A stretch of 64,000 bases of DNA, from NCBI GenBank assembly GCA_964035545.1, contig OZ037770.1, positions 13,196,642-13,260,641 on the forward strand, written 5' to 3'. The notes under the pieces were generated by a model. The model saw only the letters and a program-made list of their open reading frames with translations, was not told the DNA's origin and did no database searches. Below are positions 1 through 13,016 of this stretch, one piece after another (the stretch's first letter is position 1; each line of letters starts with the position of its first letter). Position numbers and translations under genes: made by a program. Source of the DNA: Bugula neritina (taxonomy: Eukaryota; Animalia; Bryozoa).

Positions 1-418
1 TGATGACAGTGAGTTTCGCTGACTTTTAAAACAAATTAAAAAAATTAATTTTTTGTTTTTGATGTTTTTCTGTTTAACAATAAGAGCTGTAATAAAGGTT
101 GTAATCTCTACAAGCAGTTTGTTACAAATACTCTGAATCATCAACAAGTATGAGTAGAGAATGGCTGATATTTGTTTCATGCAATTTGTAAGAAAAGTTG
201 TATTTTGAAAAATGTAACTGATTTTATTTAAAAGTAAAGTTTCTCAGCTCTGTGTATTGTCTTGAAGCTGCAAATAACTTTTAGCTTAGTTTTTTCATCA
301 TTCAGTCTGATCTTACTGCTCCTTGACTTGAGAGTCAGAGGAGATAACTGCTTGTTCAGATTATTGTACTCTCTTATCTGATGTACCTAATCCAACTCGT
401 GTCTTTCTTTATTCTTAG

Positions 419-3400
419 GCTGTGCCGAAAGACCGTTTCCATGCGACGAAGGATGCACATGCGTAGACATTGAGCACACTCATAAGTGTGACTGCCCAGT
501 AACACTCGGTGTAGTCGGGGACGGCTCTGTACCAGCCCGTAAGTACTCTCTATCTGGTTGGTTCCCTGGCTAAACGCTGATGTACTGATAATATTAGTGT
601 TATCAGATGTGCAGTCAGGGGGCTTGAAATGAATTGTTTTGGGATTATGATTATGGAAATTGTTTGGTAAGCCTTAGAGATAATCCAGATTAATGTAAGT
701 TCAAACCTCAAATGTTTCTGTGCTCATCTGCAAGATCTGTCACAGTTACAATAACAAGGTATTTCCTTTGTTAAATGCCATGGCATACCACTTTGATACA
801 ACAGATGTTTTTTTAGAAATTTCTAAAACAAGTTCACATAGTTTCAATTTTTCCAAGGTGCAGATCTTTCTGTTCACCTCCAGGTTAGTGTAACTCCATG
901 TGGGTTTAGTTTATTATTTTTATCTTGTAGCTGTTGACCACTGTTCACCTGAGCCATGTGTGAATGGAGGAACTTGCCAGAACCAATGGGATGGCTTCTT
1001 TTGCTTCTGCCCTAATGGCTGGACTGGACACAGATGTGAAACTTCTGGTAGGTTCTGTCAATGTTTACATTGCTTCTTCATTATCTCTAATTTTTCTCAC
1101 TTAATCCTGAGTTATTGAATTCATTATTTAGTTATAACTTAATGCCAGCTCACTTCTACGCTTTGAAGTTTGTATTACTTAGAACCATCTTAATTCATGA
1201 ATCAGCACTTGAAATTGTCTAATTACCTATTTATGGTAGCCTTAGCTCTTTGGGTTTCTGTTAAGCCAATGGGCTCACAGGTCCAGATCTATATAAAAGT
1301 CTTTGTGTGAATTAGTTTTCTCATGTAGCTTTCATGTCCTTCTGCTAGGTCTCATGTCTAGTGACTGAGTATAATAGTTCAGTTATTAGAAAAGAGAAAT
1401 CTCAGCATGTCTTTATAACCTTTTGGGACATAAGTTTTTCAGCTGAGGATTCATAAATTCGATTACTTAAATAATTAAAAGTTCAAAGGCTTTGATTTCC
1501 TAACAACCCATTAACTTACACATATATTTTATACATCTTTAATTCCTTGTCAACTAGTCAGGTAATTGATATTCTTTCTGTGACATTCGCCATGATTACT
1601 CTGTCGCCATGTTTAATAACTGCATGTATCTACTCGTCTCCTTATTTATAGATGTAATATACATTATTTATCACAGTTTGTACATTATAGACTTCCAGAC
1701 TCTTATGTTTCTTCTTGAACTCTTGTAGTATGTGACTGGCACCCATGTTTGAACGGCGGTACATGCGTCATAGACGAGATCGGCTATCACTGCGAGTGCA
1801 CCGACTGCTGGGGAGGATCCTGCTGCAACGAGACTAAACCTGAATGTGGTGTTGTAGAGCCAGGCTGTGCTCCTTGTTACGAAGGACCAGACTGCAAGAC
1901 TAGTAAGTACCCCCACCCCCTTTTTTGCAGTTTCAAGCTGAGGATCTTCCGCTAATTGTTTGCTGTATGTGATCAGATAGTAAAGGGGAGTTTTATGTTT
2001 ATTTTATATTTATTTTTTATATTTTATTTTATTTTGTATTTATATTTATGTTTTACATTTCAGGAACAAACAGTTGCGGCTGCCAACCTGACCTCTGTGT
2101 GGGAGGCGGAGTGTGTGTTGATGGCCCCAAAGGAGCCACTTGCGAAGATTGTCCAGACTGTTTCACTGGAAAAGACTGCAAAGACCGTGAGTTATAAATA
2201 CATTCTGACTGTCATTTCGTGTTTCTTTGTTGCTGGTGAATTTGCTCTCATGAAACTCTATGTTCTAAAGATTATTTCTTTAGGTTCTAAGCTAGTTTAG
2301 TTGGCCCAGGGGTTTACATTATTTTTATGGCTAACCTTAAGAAATGTTAATAAATTATAATCACCATCTTGTCAGATTATCTCCTCCACTAATCAAGATT
2401 TTTATAAATCTCTGTAATCATTGGGATGCGTTGAATTATGCGTGCTAACGGGAGCTCGCCAAATGTAATGCTAATAAAGAATCTGCGTCACATGACATCA
2501 GTTTAAACTCTAAATATACACATGGGTGTGTCAGTGCACGATTCATATAGTTTTTTTTTTCTTTCTAATTTTAGTAAACGAATTTAATCTGTTTTTACTC
2601 TCTATCTGTAAGTTTTTCTAAAAAAAACCTTCTTTTATCTCGAAATTATCAGTTTGAATACTATTTGTGGTTTTAGCAATAAAATCGTGCAAATGTGACA
2701 ACACTTGTCCTTTGAACGCAAGATGCGAAGACCTCAGTGACTTGCTCTCTCACGAGTGTATCTGCAATGAGTGTTGGGAGGGAAAGGAGTGCGACATGCC
2801 AATCACCAGCTGCACCTGTAACAACCCCTGTTCTAAAGACCAGACTTGCACATTGGTCAACGGCCAGGTACGAACTTTATCATATTTCTATCGACTTTAT
2901 TTTGACAGAATTTCTCTTGGTTTCAGGCAATCCATCATTCCATTTACATGTGTATGGCTATTTTATAGCTACTAATGGATTATTTTTGAGAAGCATTTTT
3001 CTTTGAAGTTCTATTGTGAGCTTTTCATATTTTGTAGCCTCAGTGTGGTTGTGCTGATCCTTGTCGAACGGGAGCTAACTGTGAACAAACTGTAAGTTCT
3101 CTTATAATCTCGCACATTCTCTTATAATCTCATACAATCTCTTATAGTCTCACAAATTCTCTTATAGTCTCACACATTCTCTTATAGTCTCACACAATCT
3201 CTTATAGTCTCACACAATCTTCTGCAATCTCACACAATCTCTTATAGTCTCACACAATCTCTGAAAGTCTCACACAATCTCTTATAGTCTCACACAATCT
3301 CTTGCAGCCTCACACAGATTTCATTACCAATTGAGAGAGTTTTAATGTCTGAAAAAGCTATTATAAATTAACTGGGAGATTAGCAGTGGTAATAATATTT

Positions 3401-6400
3401 TTTATAATTTATAATAGTCTTATTAGATGTTACCATCAACTCCTTACTTTCTGCAGATCAACACTTGCGAATGTGCCAACCCATGCTCCGCTGGTCAAGA
3501 ATGTTCCAAGGTTGGAGAAGAATTGACCTGCTCATGTACCGACCCCTGCAAGACTGGACCATATTGTGACCAGACCGTTCAGACTTGCGCCTGCGCCAAC
3601 CCTTGTGTGAACGGCGGTATCTGCGCTGAGGAGGCTGGAGCTCTCACATGCCACTCCTGTGATGCTTGCTTCACTGGTGAGATTTTAGCATCTTTTACTT
3701 CTAACAGAGAGATCTAATTAGACACTCAGTTATATGTTGTGTGTAGTGAGAACTCGGAGCCGAGATATAAAGTGCCTGTGTGGTTTTTAGGTCCTTACTG
3801 CAACGAGAAAGTTGTGAGCTGCGAATGCAACAGCCCATGCGGTCAATCAGAAGTGTGCAACATGGTAGATGGAGCACCTGTCTGTGGTTGTCCAGACTGT
3901 ATGACAGGAGACTATTGTGACATCCCAGTAGACACCTGCGCTTGCAACAACCCCTGTAACAACAAGGACACTTGCCAAGATGTCGGAGGTACCGCTCAGT
4001 GTGTCTGTGACTGTACCGGCAATGAGGAGTGTAGAGAGCACCCCGAGACATACGAAAAGGAGTGTAAATGCCCCGTCTGTTTCTTCAACGCTCCCGGAGA
4101 GACTGGCTGTCTTTCTCGTAAGTTGTTTTATCACCAAGTTTATGAAAGTGTTTTTGAGAGTAAACTAGTAAATGATGTTTCTTGGTATATTGTCTTAGAC
4201 TTGATGCAGATTAAATGTAGTTGGTTTGATGAAATAATTAAATATTTTGCTATGCATTGATAGTAGCTTCTATGAATTGAACTATCTCTTGTAGCTGTGA
4301 AAAACCTGTGTATCTGTAACAACCCCTGCACAGCTGACCAACAAGTCTGTGTCGATGGCCCAGCTGGTGGTCATCCAATCTGTAAAATTGGAAACCCTTC
4401 ATCTGGAAACGCTTTCACCGTTGTGTTTGAAGAAAACGACTCTGAGAAATCTTTCAGAGAGGTGAGTTAGTTTTTGAGCTTTTGGACTAGAATGGAGAAA
4501 TCTCAGCACATTTATGGAACTTTCTGGAACATAGGAGTTGCGTATTATGCAATTATTTCTTCTACCTATTTTTAGTATTAAACTAAATATATCTAATACA
4601 TACTAGTTATAATTATTTGTGTTATATTTTAGATTCCTCTTGAGCTTTACCTCACTCCTTCCGTTCCCGACAGCGGCCGCAGAAGCGTAAACATCCGATC
4701 AGCAGGACTAAAGGAGGACCATCACTGCTACTTCAACGTCAACAAGACCATCGAGGAAAACAGCGTACTTAGGTTCCCCGTAGAGCGATGCATGATGCAC
4801 AACAAGACTGGTTTGGAGAAACTGGCCATCAGACTTACTGAGCTCAACAATGACACCATGCTTGTCTACGGCATCAACAAAGACAGATGGACCGCTGACG
4901 GCTTCTTGGCAACCCCAGATGTTCAGGCTGGATCCTCCTTCCAAACTGTCAGCTACGCTCCTGCCCATATCTCTACTCAGTTTGCTATTATTGCACTTTT
5001 CGATGACACCGATGTTACCATAGAGTTGGCTGATGATAATGATCTACCTCCTCCCTACAACACTAGAGGTAGGGATTAGTTCGCTCAGCCGTGACTCGTT
5101 AAGATTATGTCAAAATAAATCTTTTGGAATTTCACTTAATCTTCATGTACAGTGTTTATCTTGTGAAGACACAACTGGTATCATGATGAATTACCATTGT
5201 ATAAACTGTTTATATAGGTAGCATCTATAAACTCACTATGCAAGCTTTCGAAACCTTCCAAGTCCAAGCCAGATGTCCCAATGCACCAAAGAGCAAGAAG
5301 AGGCAGTGCGCTAAAGATCTCTCTGGATCCATCATCACCGCCAACAACAAGATCCACGTTCACTCCGGTAACGTGAGAGCATTTGTCAAGGCAGGAGAAG
5401 GTCTGTCACGTGATCACTTGGTCGAAGAAATGGTTCCTACAGACAGGCAAGTGATGAAACGTTTTTCTAAACGGCTTTAGAAATGATTGTTCATTGGATT
5501 AATCATATTAGGAAATTGTAGCTTGTGTAATTCAAGTCTAGTGAATCATAATGTTAATCGCTTGTTAATTGAGTCACTGTGTCTTATCAGATGGGGCAAG
5601 GAGTTTGGAATGGTGTCTGTGCCAGGCAGAGCTGTTGGAGATATTCTCAACGTGATGGCACTCAAAGGACGACCAACCAATGTTGACATCTACTATGGAG
5701 ACAAGAAGGAGTCTTTCTCTCTGCCACAAAATGGCCGACTCAACGTGTACAAAGAGATTCCCAGTGACAGTCTGTTCTACATCAAATCTGATCAACCTTT
5801 GTCTGTTACACAGTTGACCAAGTCTAAGGATACTTACCTTTACAAAGTAAGTTTCTACTTACTCTGCATCTCATAACTTGTTGATACCTTGTTTACCATT
5901 GAATGTCTTTTCTACACCAAGTGATTCATGAGTCATTGAGACCTCCAATCATGAATTGCTAGCCAAACTATGATGTCATGACATTTAGAAATGATTAATT
6001 AATTGGCTACCAACTCCAGTCAATCATCATTAAGTAGTGTGATGTTTGGCCTTAACTTTTATTTTCTGTTTTTAGAATGAGTCATTCCATGACCCAGTCA
6101 CCATCACCATTCCACCAGTTGCTCAGTTCACCAACAACTTCTTTATCTCCACTCCACTGTTCACTGGAGGTGAGAACTTCCAACTTCAGCCATACGAGAT
6201 GAACCTGGCCCTCCTGGTGGCACGTAAAGGAGAAGAACAGCATATCCAACTTGACAAGAAACCTTTGACCTACTTCAAGATGCCCTGGACTGACCTTCCC
6301 GTACCAGATGGTAGCTCCGAGAGACTCGTCGGAGCCGTCATTGAGATCCAACACGGCACCAGACTCATCAGCAACACTCACGGCCACAACTTCCAGTGTG

Positions 6401-6477
6401 TGGTGTACGGATACGACGACAGGGAGTCCTACGGTTTCCCTGCCGCCATGAACCAGGCTGTTATGAAAGATTACTAA
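419..6477 (+). CDS. Multi-EGF-repeat protein with C-terminal IgGFc-binding (FCGBP N-terminal-like) domain; 5' end lies outside the window
   Basis: Phase-consistent exons: 419-538, 931-1047, 1729-1902, 2064-2186, 2677-2867, 3038-3091, 3457-3676, 3791-4117, 4295-4461, 4633-5068, 5218-5446, 5591-5846, 6076-6477 (stop TAA). EGF motifs such as CSPEPCVNGGTC...CFCPNGWTGHRCE. IgGFc-binding hallmarks: DLSGSIITANNKIHVHSG, DHLVEEMVPTDRWGKEF, DPVTITIPPVAQF, YGYDDRESYGFPA. AATAAA at ~6818. Confidence 0.88.
3096..3315. repeat. ~20-bp minisatellite (TCTCTTATAGTCTCACACAA)n starting just after a splice donor
   Basis: About 11 visible tandem copies beginning a few nt after the GTAAGT donor at 3092. Confidence 0.9.
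5447..5590 (+). other. GC-AG non-canonical intron
   Basis: Donor AG|GCAAGT at 5447 and acceptor cttatcag| at 5590 join to give the conserved P-T-D-R-W-G-K-E-F motif of the IgGFc-binding domain. Confidence 0.8.
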
Positions 6478-9291
6478 ACCAACAGTTGGTTCAGTCTTGA
6501 GATAACTTGACAGGAAAGACTAACTCTAGATTTCCAGCGCATCAAATTAAATTATTTACTTGCTATAATTTTGCTCAATTTACTGGTAGAGTTGTAGTCC
6601 AGCAATGAATTTCTACTTTCATAGAAGAGCGTAGTGTCTCTAGCTTTAGTAATGTATGTATATAATTATTTTCATAGACTTGTCTTTTCTTCATGACTAT
6701 CCCAGAGGTGGTAGAGATTTGGTGTTAGGTGTGCATTCCTGCATAAACCTTCTTGTTATTTTGTTTACATCCACACGACTATGTATTTATTATGACACGC
6801 CATTTTCTATTTACTACAATAAATTTAAAAACTCCAAACACTTGATGTTACCGTGTCCTTAGTGTTTGCCAAAACAGGGGCTAGAGTCTAGTTTAAGGAA
6901 ATAAATCTGCATTTTATGCAAATGCGTCATAAACTCAAAAATAACATTCATATAGCACTAAGCTCAGTTTATTGCAATATTACTGCATTAATTTCTCCTT
7001 ACTGCCTATTAACATATGGAAAGTAACATATAATATTTCAAACACTCAAGTATAAACTAGCAAGAACTATCTGTTTTGTGACATTAATATTTAATGATTT
7101 TTCCGTTACTAGGAGATATATGTACATGCATTTGCTTGTAATCATTAGTATAACATCTTGGTGCTCATTAGCTGGGGACACATCTTTTTATCTGCAATAC
7201 ATGCAGACAGTCCATAAAGACTTGCATAGGGCCATGCATTAAGCGGAATTCAGGAGAAACCCATTGTGTTGTTATCGTGGCACAATAGAAATTATTTCAT
7301 TTTCAATAATGCTCAATTGATTAGAATAAAAAACTTAAAACTGAACTGTGAAAAATAGGCTCACTAAATAGATATATTAGATATAATATCATAGCAATGA
7401 CCGTTCAGGATTTTGACCACATGAAATAGTACATAACGTACAGCCCGATGTGTCCCTATGTCTAATAAGTTGACAATATTTCAATTTCATTTTCTTTGGC
7501 CTGCATGCTGAGTTACTTTCACCCTACAATTGGTGTTAGTTCATCGGTTTATGAATTATATTGTATTTTTTTAAGGCTAGTGACAGTTGATAGTTGTGAT
7601 AGTATGCTAGATGGTCAATTATATAATCATTGGCAGTGGTTTTCAGGTTTGTTTACCTGTTAAGCAGCCATCAGCTCTGACGTTCATAGTGATGGATGAA
7701 AAGTGAATGAGGTGGTTGTGTATCATCTAAATTCCATAACCATTGTTAAGATTTGCAGTATAGTTTATCAGCCATACTGTAATTCGTAGTTATAGTAACA
7801 CATATCGTACTGGTAGAAAATGTAGGTTGTACAGGTATATGGAAAAGTTTAATCAACTTTAATTATTTATTATACAGGATCTTAAATGAATGTATCAAAT
7901 TAAGCTATTTAATTAACTTGATACTCCTATAATACAACTAAGAATAAGATAAAATGAATTTTAGCCTGTGGCACTTGTAAGAGTTTAGGTTGGTACATCA
8001 AGTTAGATTTTAAGGATCTGGAAGGATTCTAGCCCATGAAATGTTTCTTTCTCAAAGTAAACGGTTTCTTCTCTCTGTAGCTCAATCTACTTAATTAGTG
8101 TAATTTTCATTACGGCATATGCCCCACCTTTCCTCTACATAAACAAATTGAAAGTTTTAATAGCATGTTTCTTTCCTGTTGTATTTGTAGAACTAGGAGT
8201 ATAATTTGTACCATATCGAGGGCGTGAGATGTTACATTTTCACTTTCGTCTAATACCTACATTAAACTATTTTTATCTATATATTATTTTATTCTACAGA
8301 CTCAATGTAGCATTCTCATAAGACGTGGTGTGTAGGTGTTCAGAACAACTGAAGGCTGACACTGGAACAAAGACAATCGTCTAAAAATTGCTAGATTAGA
8401 TTGACTAGGCTCAAGATGTTGTATGATCTTTGCTTAAATGTGCTGGAACTCATCTGGCTGTTTTAGCATACAAATTAGTAAATTTTCTGCAAATCTAATG
8501 TATACATTTTATAGTTTCAAGATAACGAAATTAAACCTTTTTTGCTACCTGAGATTTGTATATTATTATTATTACAAAGCCAACTACAGTTGAGGATTTT
8601 ACGTGACAAATGTTTTTATACTGGCCGAATATACTTGACAATATATGAAGTTTGAACAGCCCACATATAATATAATGTTCCACATATATCATCTTTATGT
8701 GAGGTAGATTTAGTAAGTTCTAAGTTAACCTAATAATATTGTATCTGATACATGATATGTTATGTGATATATATAATACGATGTGATATATATAATACGA
8801 CATATATGATACCATTTATGATATATATGATAAAGGGCGCCCAAAGAGACTAGCTAGGTAATGGAAGATTTTTAATACTGATTGTTGAAGCAATTTACTA
8901 GAAGTTTCATCGTATCAAATTGTGTTACCCCAAACCATTAGATTTTGCAATTTAACTTAGTTTGCGTTTGTAACTGAAGCTATAGAAATGACTATATTAT
9001 CGACATGTATTAAAATATTTGCTTTAATTAAATAACATTATATTTATTCTCAGGGAGATAGCAACTGCTTCTATATGTTTGTAAAAGCTCAAGTATTTGA
9101 AATATGTTTGATGACTAAACTAAACCATTTGCCTATAGTATACACTGTTTGGTAAAAAAAATAAAAACTATGCTTAAAGCTATTTATCTTAGAGTGATCA
9201 AAGAAACTTGAAAGTTGCGAATATGTGATGACATTTTACCTTTGCTGAGGAGGTATAACTAACATGGCAGCTAAACACTCTGCTGCTCTAC

Positions 9292-9370
9292 ACACTTAGG
9301 GCGGAGTTAACTTTTAGTAGCAACATTTAGGACGGAGTTAGTAGCAACATTTAGGACGGAGTTAGTAGCT
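9292..9370. repeat. Short tandem repeat (TTAGTAGCAACATTTAGGACGGAG-like, ~3 copies)
   Basis: Direct repeats visible in the sequence. Confidence 0.8.
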
Positions 9371-9688
9371 ACTAATATCTTAAAGTCTCCTACCCCTGCC
9401 CTTCCTCGTAATAAAGCAACTGCTTAAACAATTTTTTTAATTTTCTTGCTGCTAAAAAAGTTCTTAAGATATTAGGATATTACAATTGCTTCAAATAATT
9501 TAAGGTTTGTCGGTAATCAGCCCTGCATGTTCCTTTTTCTTCATTGAAACTCTTGTTCTAATAGTTCCCTACCCGAGGAAGATATTACTTAACCCTTCCC
9601 TTACAAGAATTTCACTATCATAAAGTGGCCAACATTCTCATCTCCTTAAAATATTTTAAAGAATTATTTATGTTGTTAGAAATCACGT

Positions 9689-9957
9689 AGTCTCCGTGGT
9701 GTAGTGGTTAGAATGCCCGTTTGCAAGCTGGAGGTCTCGGGTTCGAATCCCAGTAGAGGCAAAAGTTTTACAATTCACATAAATTTGGCAGTAGCTACAG
9801 CAAGTTTATATTTGGCAGTAGTTACAGCCTGTCAATTTTACGTGACTTCCAGAATTTCAGTCTGCTATCCTCTGCCAGCAGGGCGTAGCGCCTTAATCCA
9901 GTAATCACTTATCTTAGCCGTGAGCAAACTCATTATCTACCACTCGGCTACAAAAAA
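9689..9957 (+). mobile_element. tRNA-derived SINE (family A) or tRNA pseudogene with a unique body
   Basis: A box TGGTGTAGTGG and B box GGTTCGAATCC with tRNA-like spacing, but the anticodon and acceptor stems are mispaired. Followed by a ~190-bp body ending in an A-run. A degenerate related fragment occurs at ~41425-41470 (ggttcaaatttaccagtggaggcaaatattttacaa). Confidence 0.65.
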
Positions 9958-12341
9958 CTCTCAAGTTCTTAGAAACTGTTAATTAAGGAAGTGAACCCAT
10001 GCCAGACTAATACTGTTAGCCCACGCATTGGAAAGTAGCATTTCTGTAGCAATTACTATATAGCAATAACCAATATAGCTGTAGAATAATTTAGAATATT
10101 CTACAGCTTAATCTTTGCTATAATAATTGTGGACAGCTTACTAGCAGTTAAATAGTACTGCTAGAGATATGAACTTATGTGGTAAAGTTTTAATATCCAA
10201 CACTAATTTGTAGGTTTTAAAATTTACAAATTCATTCCCCCCTTCTTGACTTCAGACCAAAAGATATAAAGCTAACATATGAAATGAAGTATTAGTTACA
10301 CATGTACTGTGTACAAATGTACATAAGTTTTATGCAATCTGCATTCCTTCTCCTAAGTAAGTATGTAAGTATGAACTTGGTGACAATCACAGTGGAGTGG
10401 TGCAAAACATAGTTTATCACATTTTTCTATGCAGTATAAAAGCACATTCCAAAGGCATATAACTACAGCCAAACTACTATAATTACAGCTGCACATAGCA
10501 TTGCAATGATATCATCTCAAACGTTAGACTTGTGTATTGAAAATTCTCCCAAGATTTCTGCAACAGTTGGTAAGAGTTGTCTTCTTTTTCATAAAGCTTG
10601 TTTTGCGTCTTAAATGCTTTTAGTTTTTTATTTGTAATATATTTTTAATTTAGTTTTTCACTACAGTGTGAACTATTATATTATATGATAATATAATAAA
10701 TTATATTCATGTCTATAATATTTGTTGTGTACAATGTAAAAACTGAGCATTTAGTGTGACTATACAAAATCAATTTGAGTCTTCTTGCAAAAAATGCTAT
10801 GTAAGAAGATACGTAATAATGTATAATATATGATATTTTTTCAGTCCTGAGTGGGTATATGATATTATGATGTTTGAATATAATATTTCATTATATTGTA
10901 TAATGGCTAAAGCTGCTAGTTTTCAATCATTTCACAGCAAATTCACAGCAATTGTAAAGATGTTGTATAAATATAATGTTTTGCTGTCTTACATAGTTTT
11001 TAAATGACAAAGTTTGGGTTGGGACTCAATTAGTTTCCAAGGAAAGACAACTTCTTATTTTCAAGTGTACTTTTGAGCAAAAGTGTTTTTTCACAAGTAG
11101 CAGCTTATAAGAATTATCTTATCATGCAACTTTCATGATACTTTTCATTCTTCTATTTTGTTACATAATAAAAATTTTTTGCATGAGTTTAGGTGAAATT
11201 GCATGCCAGTACAGTTTTTATGACGTATAAAAAAATGTTTATGCTCAAAGCTGTGATATGTTCATAGCCACTTGTTGCAATTTCTGAAACCAAGAACTGC
11301 AACTATTTGAGTGTTCTATAATGAAGTTGGAGAAACAAAATAGTATCTCATCAAGTTATTTTGAGTTAAATGACATAATGTTGCCCTTCATCAACTTATT
11401 TATATTAATTCAAGTCTTATATACTCAGAGTGAAATATATCACATATACTTATCATCTAAAAGTAAATACAAATAACCAAACTAGCAGTCAAAATATAAA
11501 TTATTTGAACATTATTATGTTGCTTATACATTCTAACACAAGCTCTACAAGCAACCTGATATTACCAGCATGATTTAATTTTTGAATAGCCTTGCAACAG
11601 TTGTCTTCTCTCTGAAACACAATCGCCAAGTAATGGCCAATAGTTTGTCAGTGCACTCTCTACTGAGCTTTCTACAACTAAGTAGAATCTACTTTTACTG
11701 TTTTCTTTATAAAACTTTAGGAAAGTTATCCAATTATACACCATGCATTGGAAAGGTAATGTTAACAGTTTTATTCTTTTGCTCTCTAATATATAAAAAA
11801 ACGAAACATAGAAAATATAATATTTAAGATGTATTAGAAGAAATGCATGATCATTTGATCTCAAAATAAACCACAGAAAAAGGCTATAATTAAAGATATA
11901 AGAGATTCATGAAACAGCAAGTTGTCTATTATTTATGATACTGGGTATAGCGTGAGTCACTACAAAGAAAATTCACCAATTAATCCAGGCCATTACGTAT
12001 TAATATGATAGATCAGTTAGTCAAACTAAAACTTAGAAGATTCTAGAAAGATTGCCAGTCACTTAAGTCAATTCACAAGTAATGACTGTACACAAGACAA
12101 GAAGACACTGCAGATGAGCAAAAAATGTTGAAGCTTACGTAATAAACTTGCATAATAGTCTATGATATGATAAAGGTTTTAATTGTTCAAACTCAAAGCC
12201 AAAAAGTTTATGTTTGAGCTTGCCTGCCTTGAAAATAAAAGAAACAGAAAATAGTACTTTGTTTGTGATAAATATTTGCTTTACTTTCCGTTAATATACA
12301 TTGATCTTACCAAATAAAAATATATTATTTTAATAACCGAG

Positions 12342-13016
12342 TCATTCCTTTGGAGAAGGAGACGGTCTAGTTTCAGTGAGTCTAAATACATCAGGTTTAT
12401 ATGCTGGAGGAGTGGAAGAGGCCAACTCTGGGTGATTCTTGTCTTCTGCTTTTCTACGAGCTTCTGTTTGAAATGGTGAGTCATCCTTGATAAGTTCTAA
12501 TCGTGTGGGATCCCGATATGGATGTAGATCATATACAAATGTCTCCCAATTTACATTTTCGGCTCCTATTAGTTTTACCTGAAAGTAACACACTATATCT
12601 AAAATTGTATAACACAATATTAAGTGAAATGTATTTGATAATTTGTTTGAGAAACTTGCAATTGTTTTTCTATACGACTAGTTCTAATGGATAATCACAA
12701 TATAAAAAGCTAGCTTATGACACAAACCAAAAATATAGTAAACCCTGATGACATATGCTGTATAATTGTGTCTTAAATGCAGAAAGCAGTGACAAGTTAT
12801 CCCTAATATGTAAGTTATGTAAAAAACAGGAATATATTAATACTTTACTTCATCTAAAGTATTCTGGATAAAGTCAATAGGATTCTCTGGTTTATGCATC
12901 ATTAGAGCACTGAGAATACTTGAGAACATTTGATTGACTCTGTGTTCAGCTATGTAGTCTTTTGCTACATCTTGTGGTGACTTGTATGCTGATTGTGCAC
13001 CTGGATAGGGAGCCAT
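12342..13016 (-). CDS. 134-aa protein with an AK5-like (RIIa/Dpy-30-type) dimerization/docking domain and no kinase domain
   Basis: Coding exons 13016-12849 (56 aa) and 12578-12342 (78 aa + TGA), joined by a phase-0 GT-AG intron. Probable 5'UTR exon with donor at ~13311. AKDYIAEHRVNQMFSSILSALMMHKPENPIDFIQNTLDEVKLIGAENVNWETFV resembles the adenylate kinase 5 N-terminal D/D region as I recall it. Confidence 0.8.

Noticed and set aside
9689-9760. Functional tRNA gene
   Set aside because: The anticodon and acceptor stems do not pair properly, and the sequence continues into a SINE-like body.
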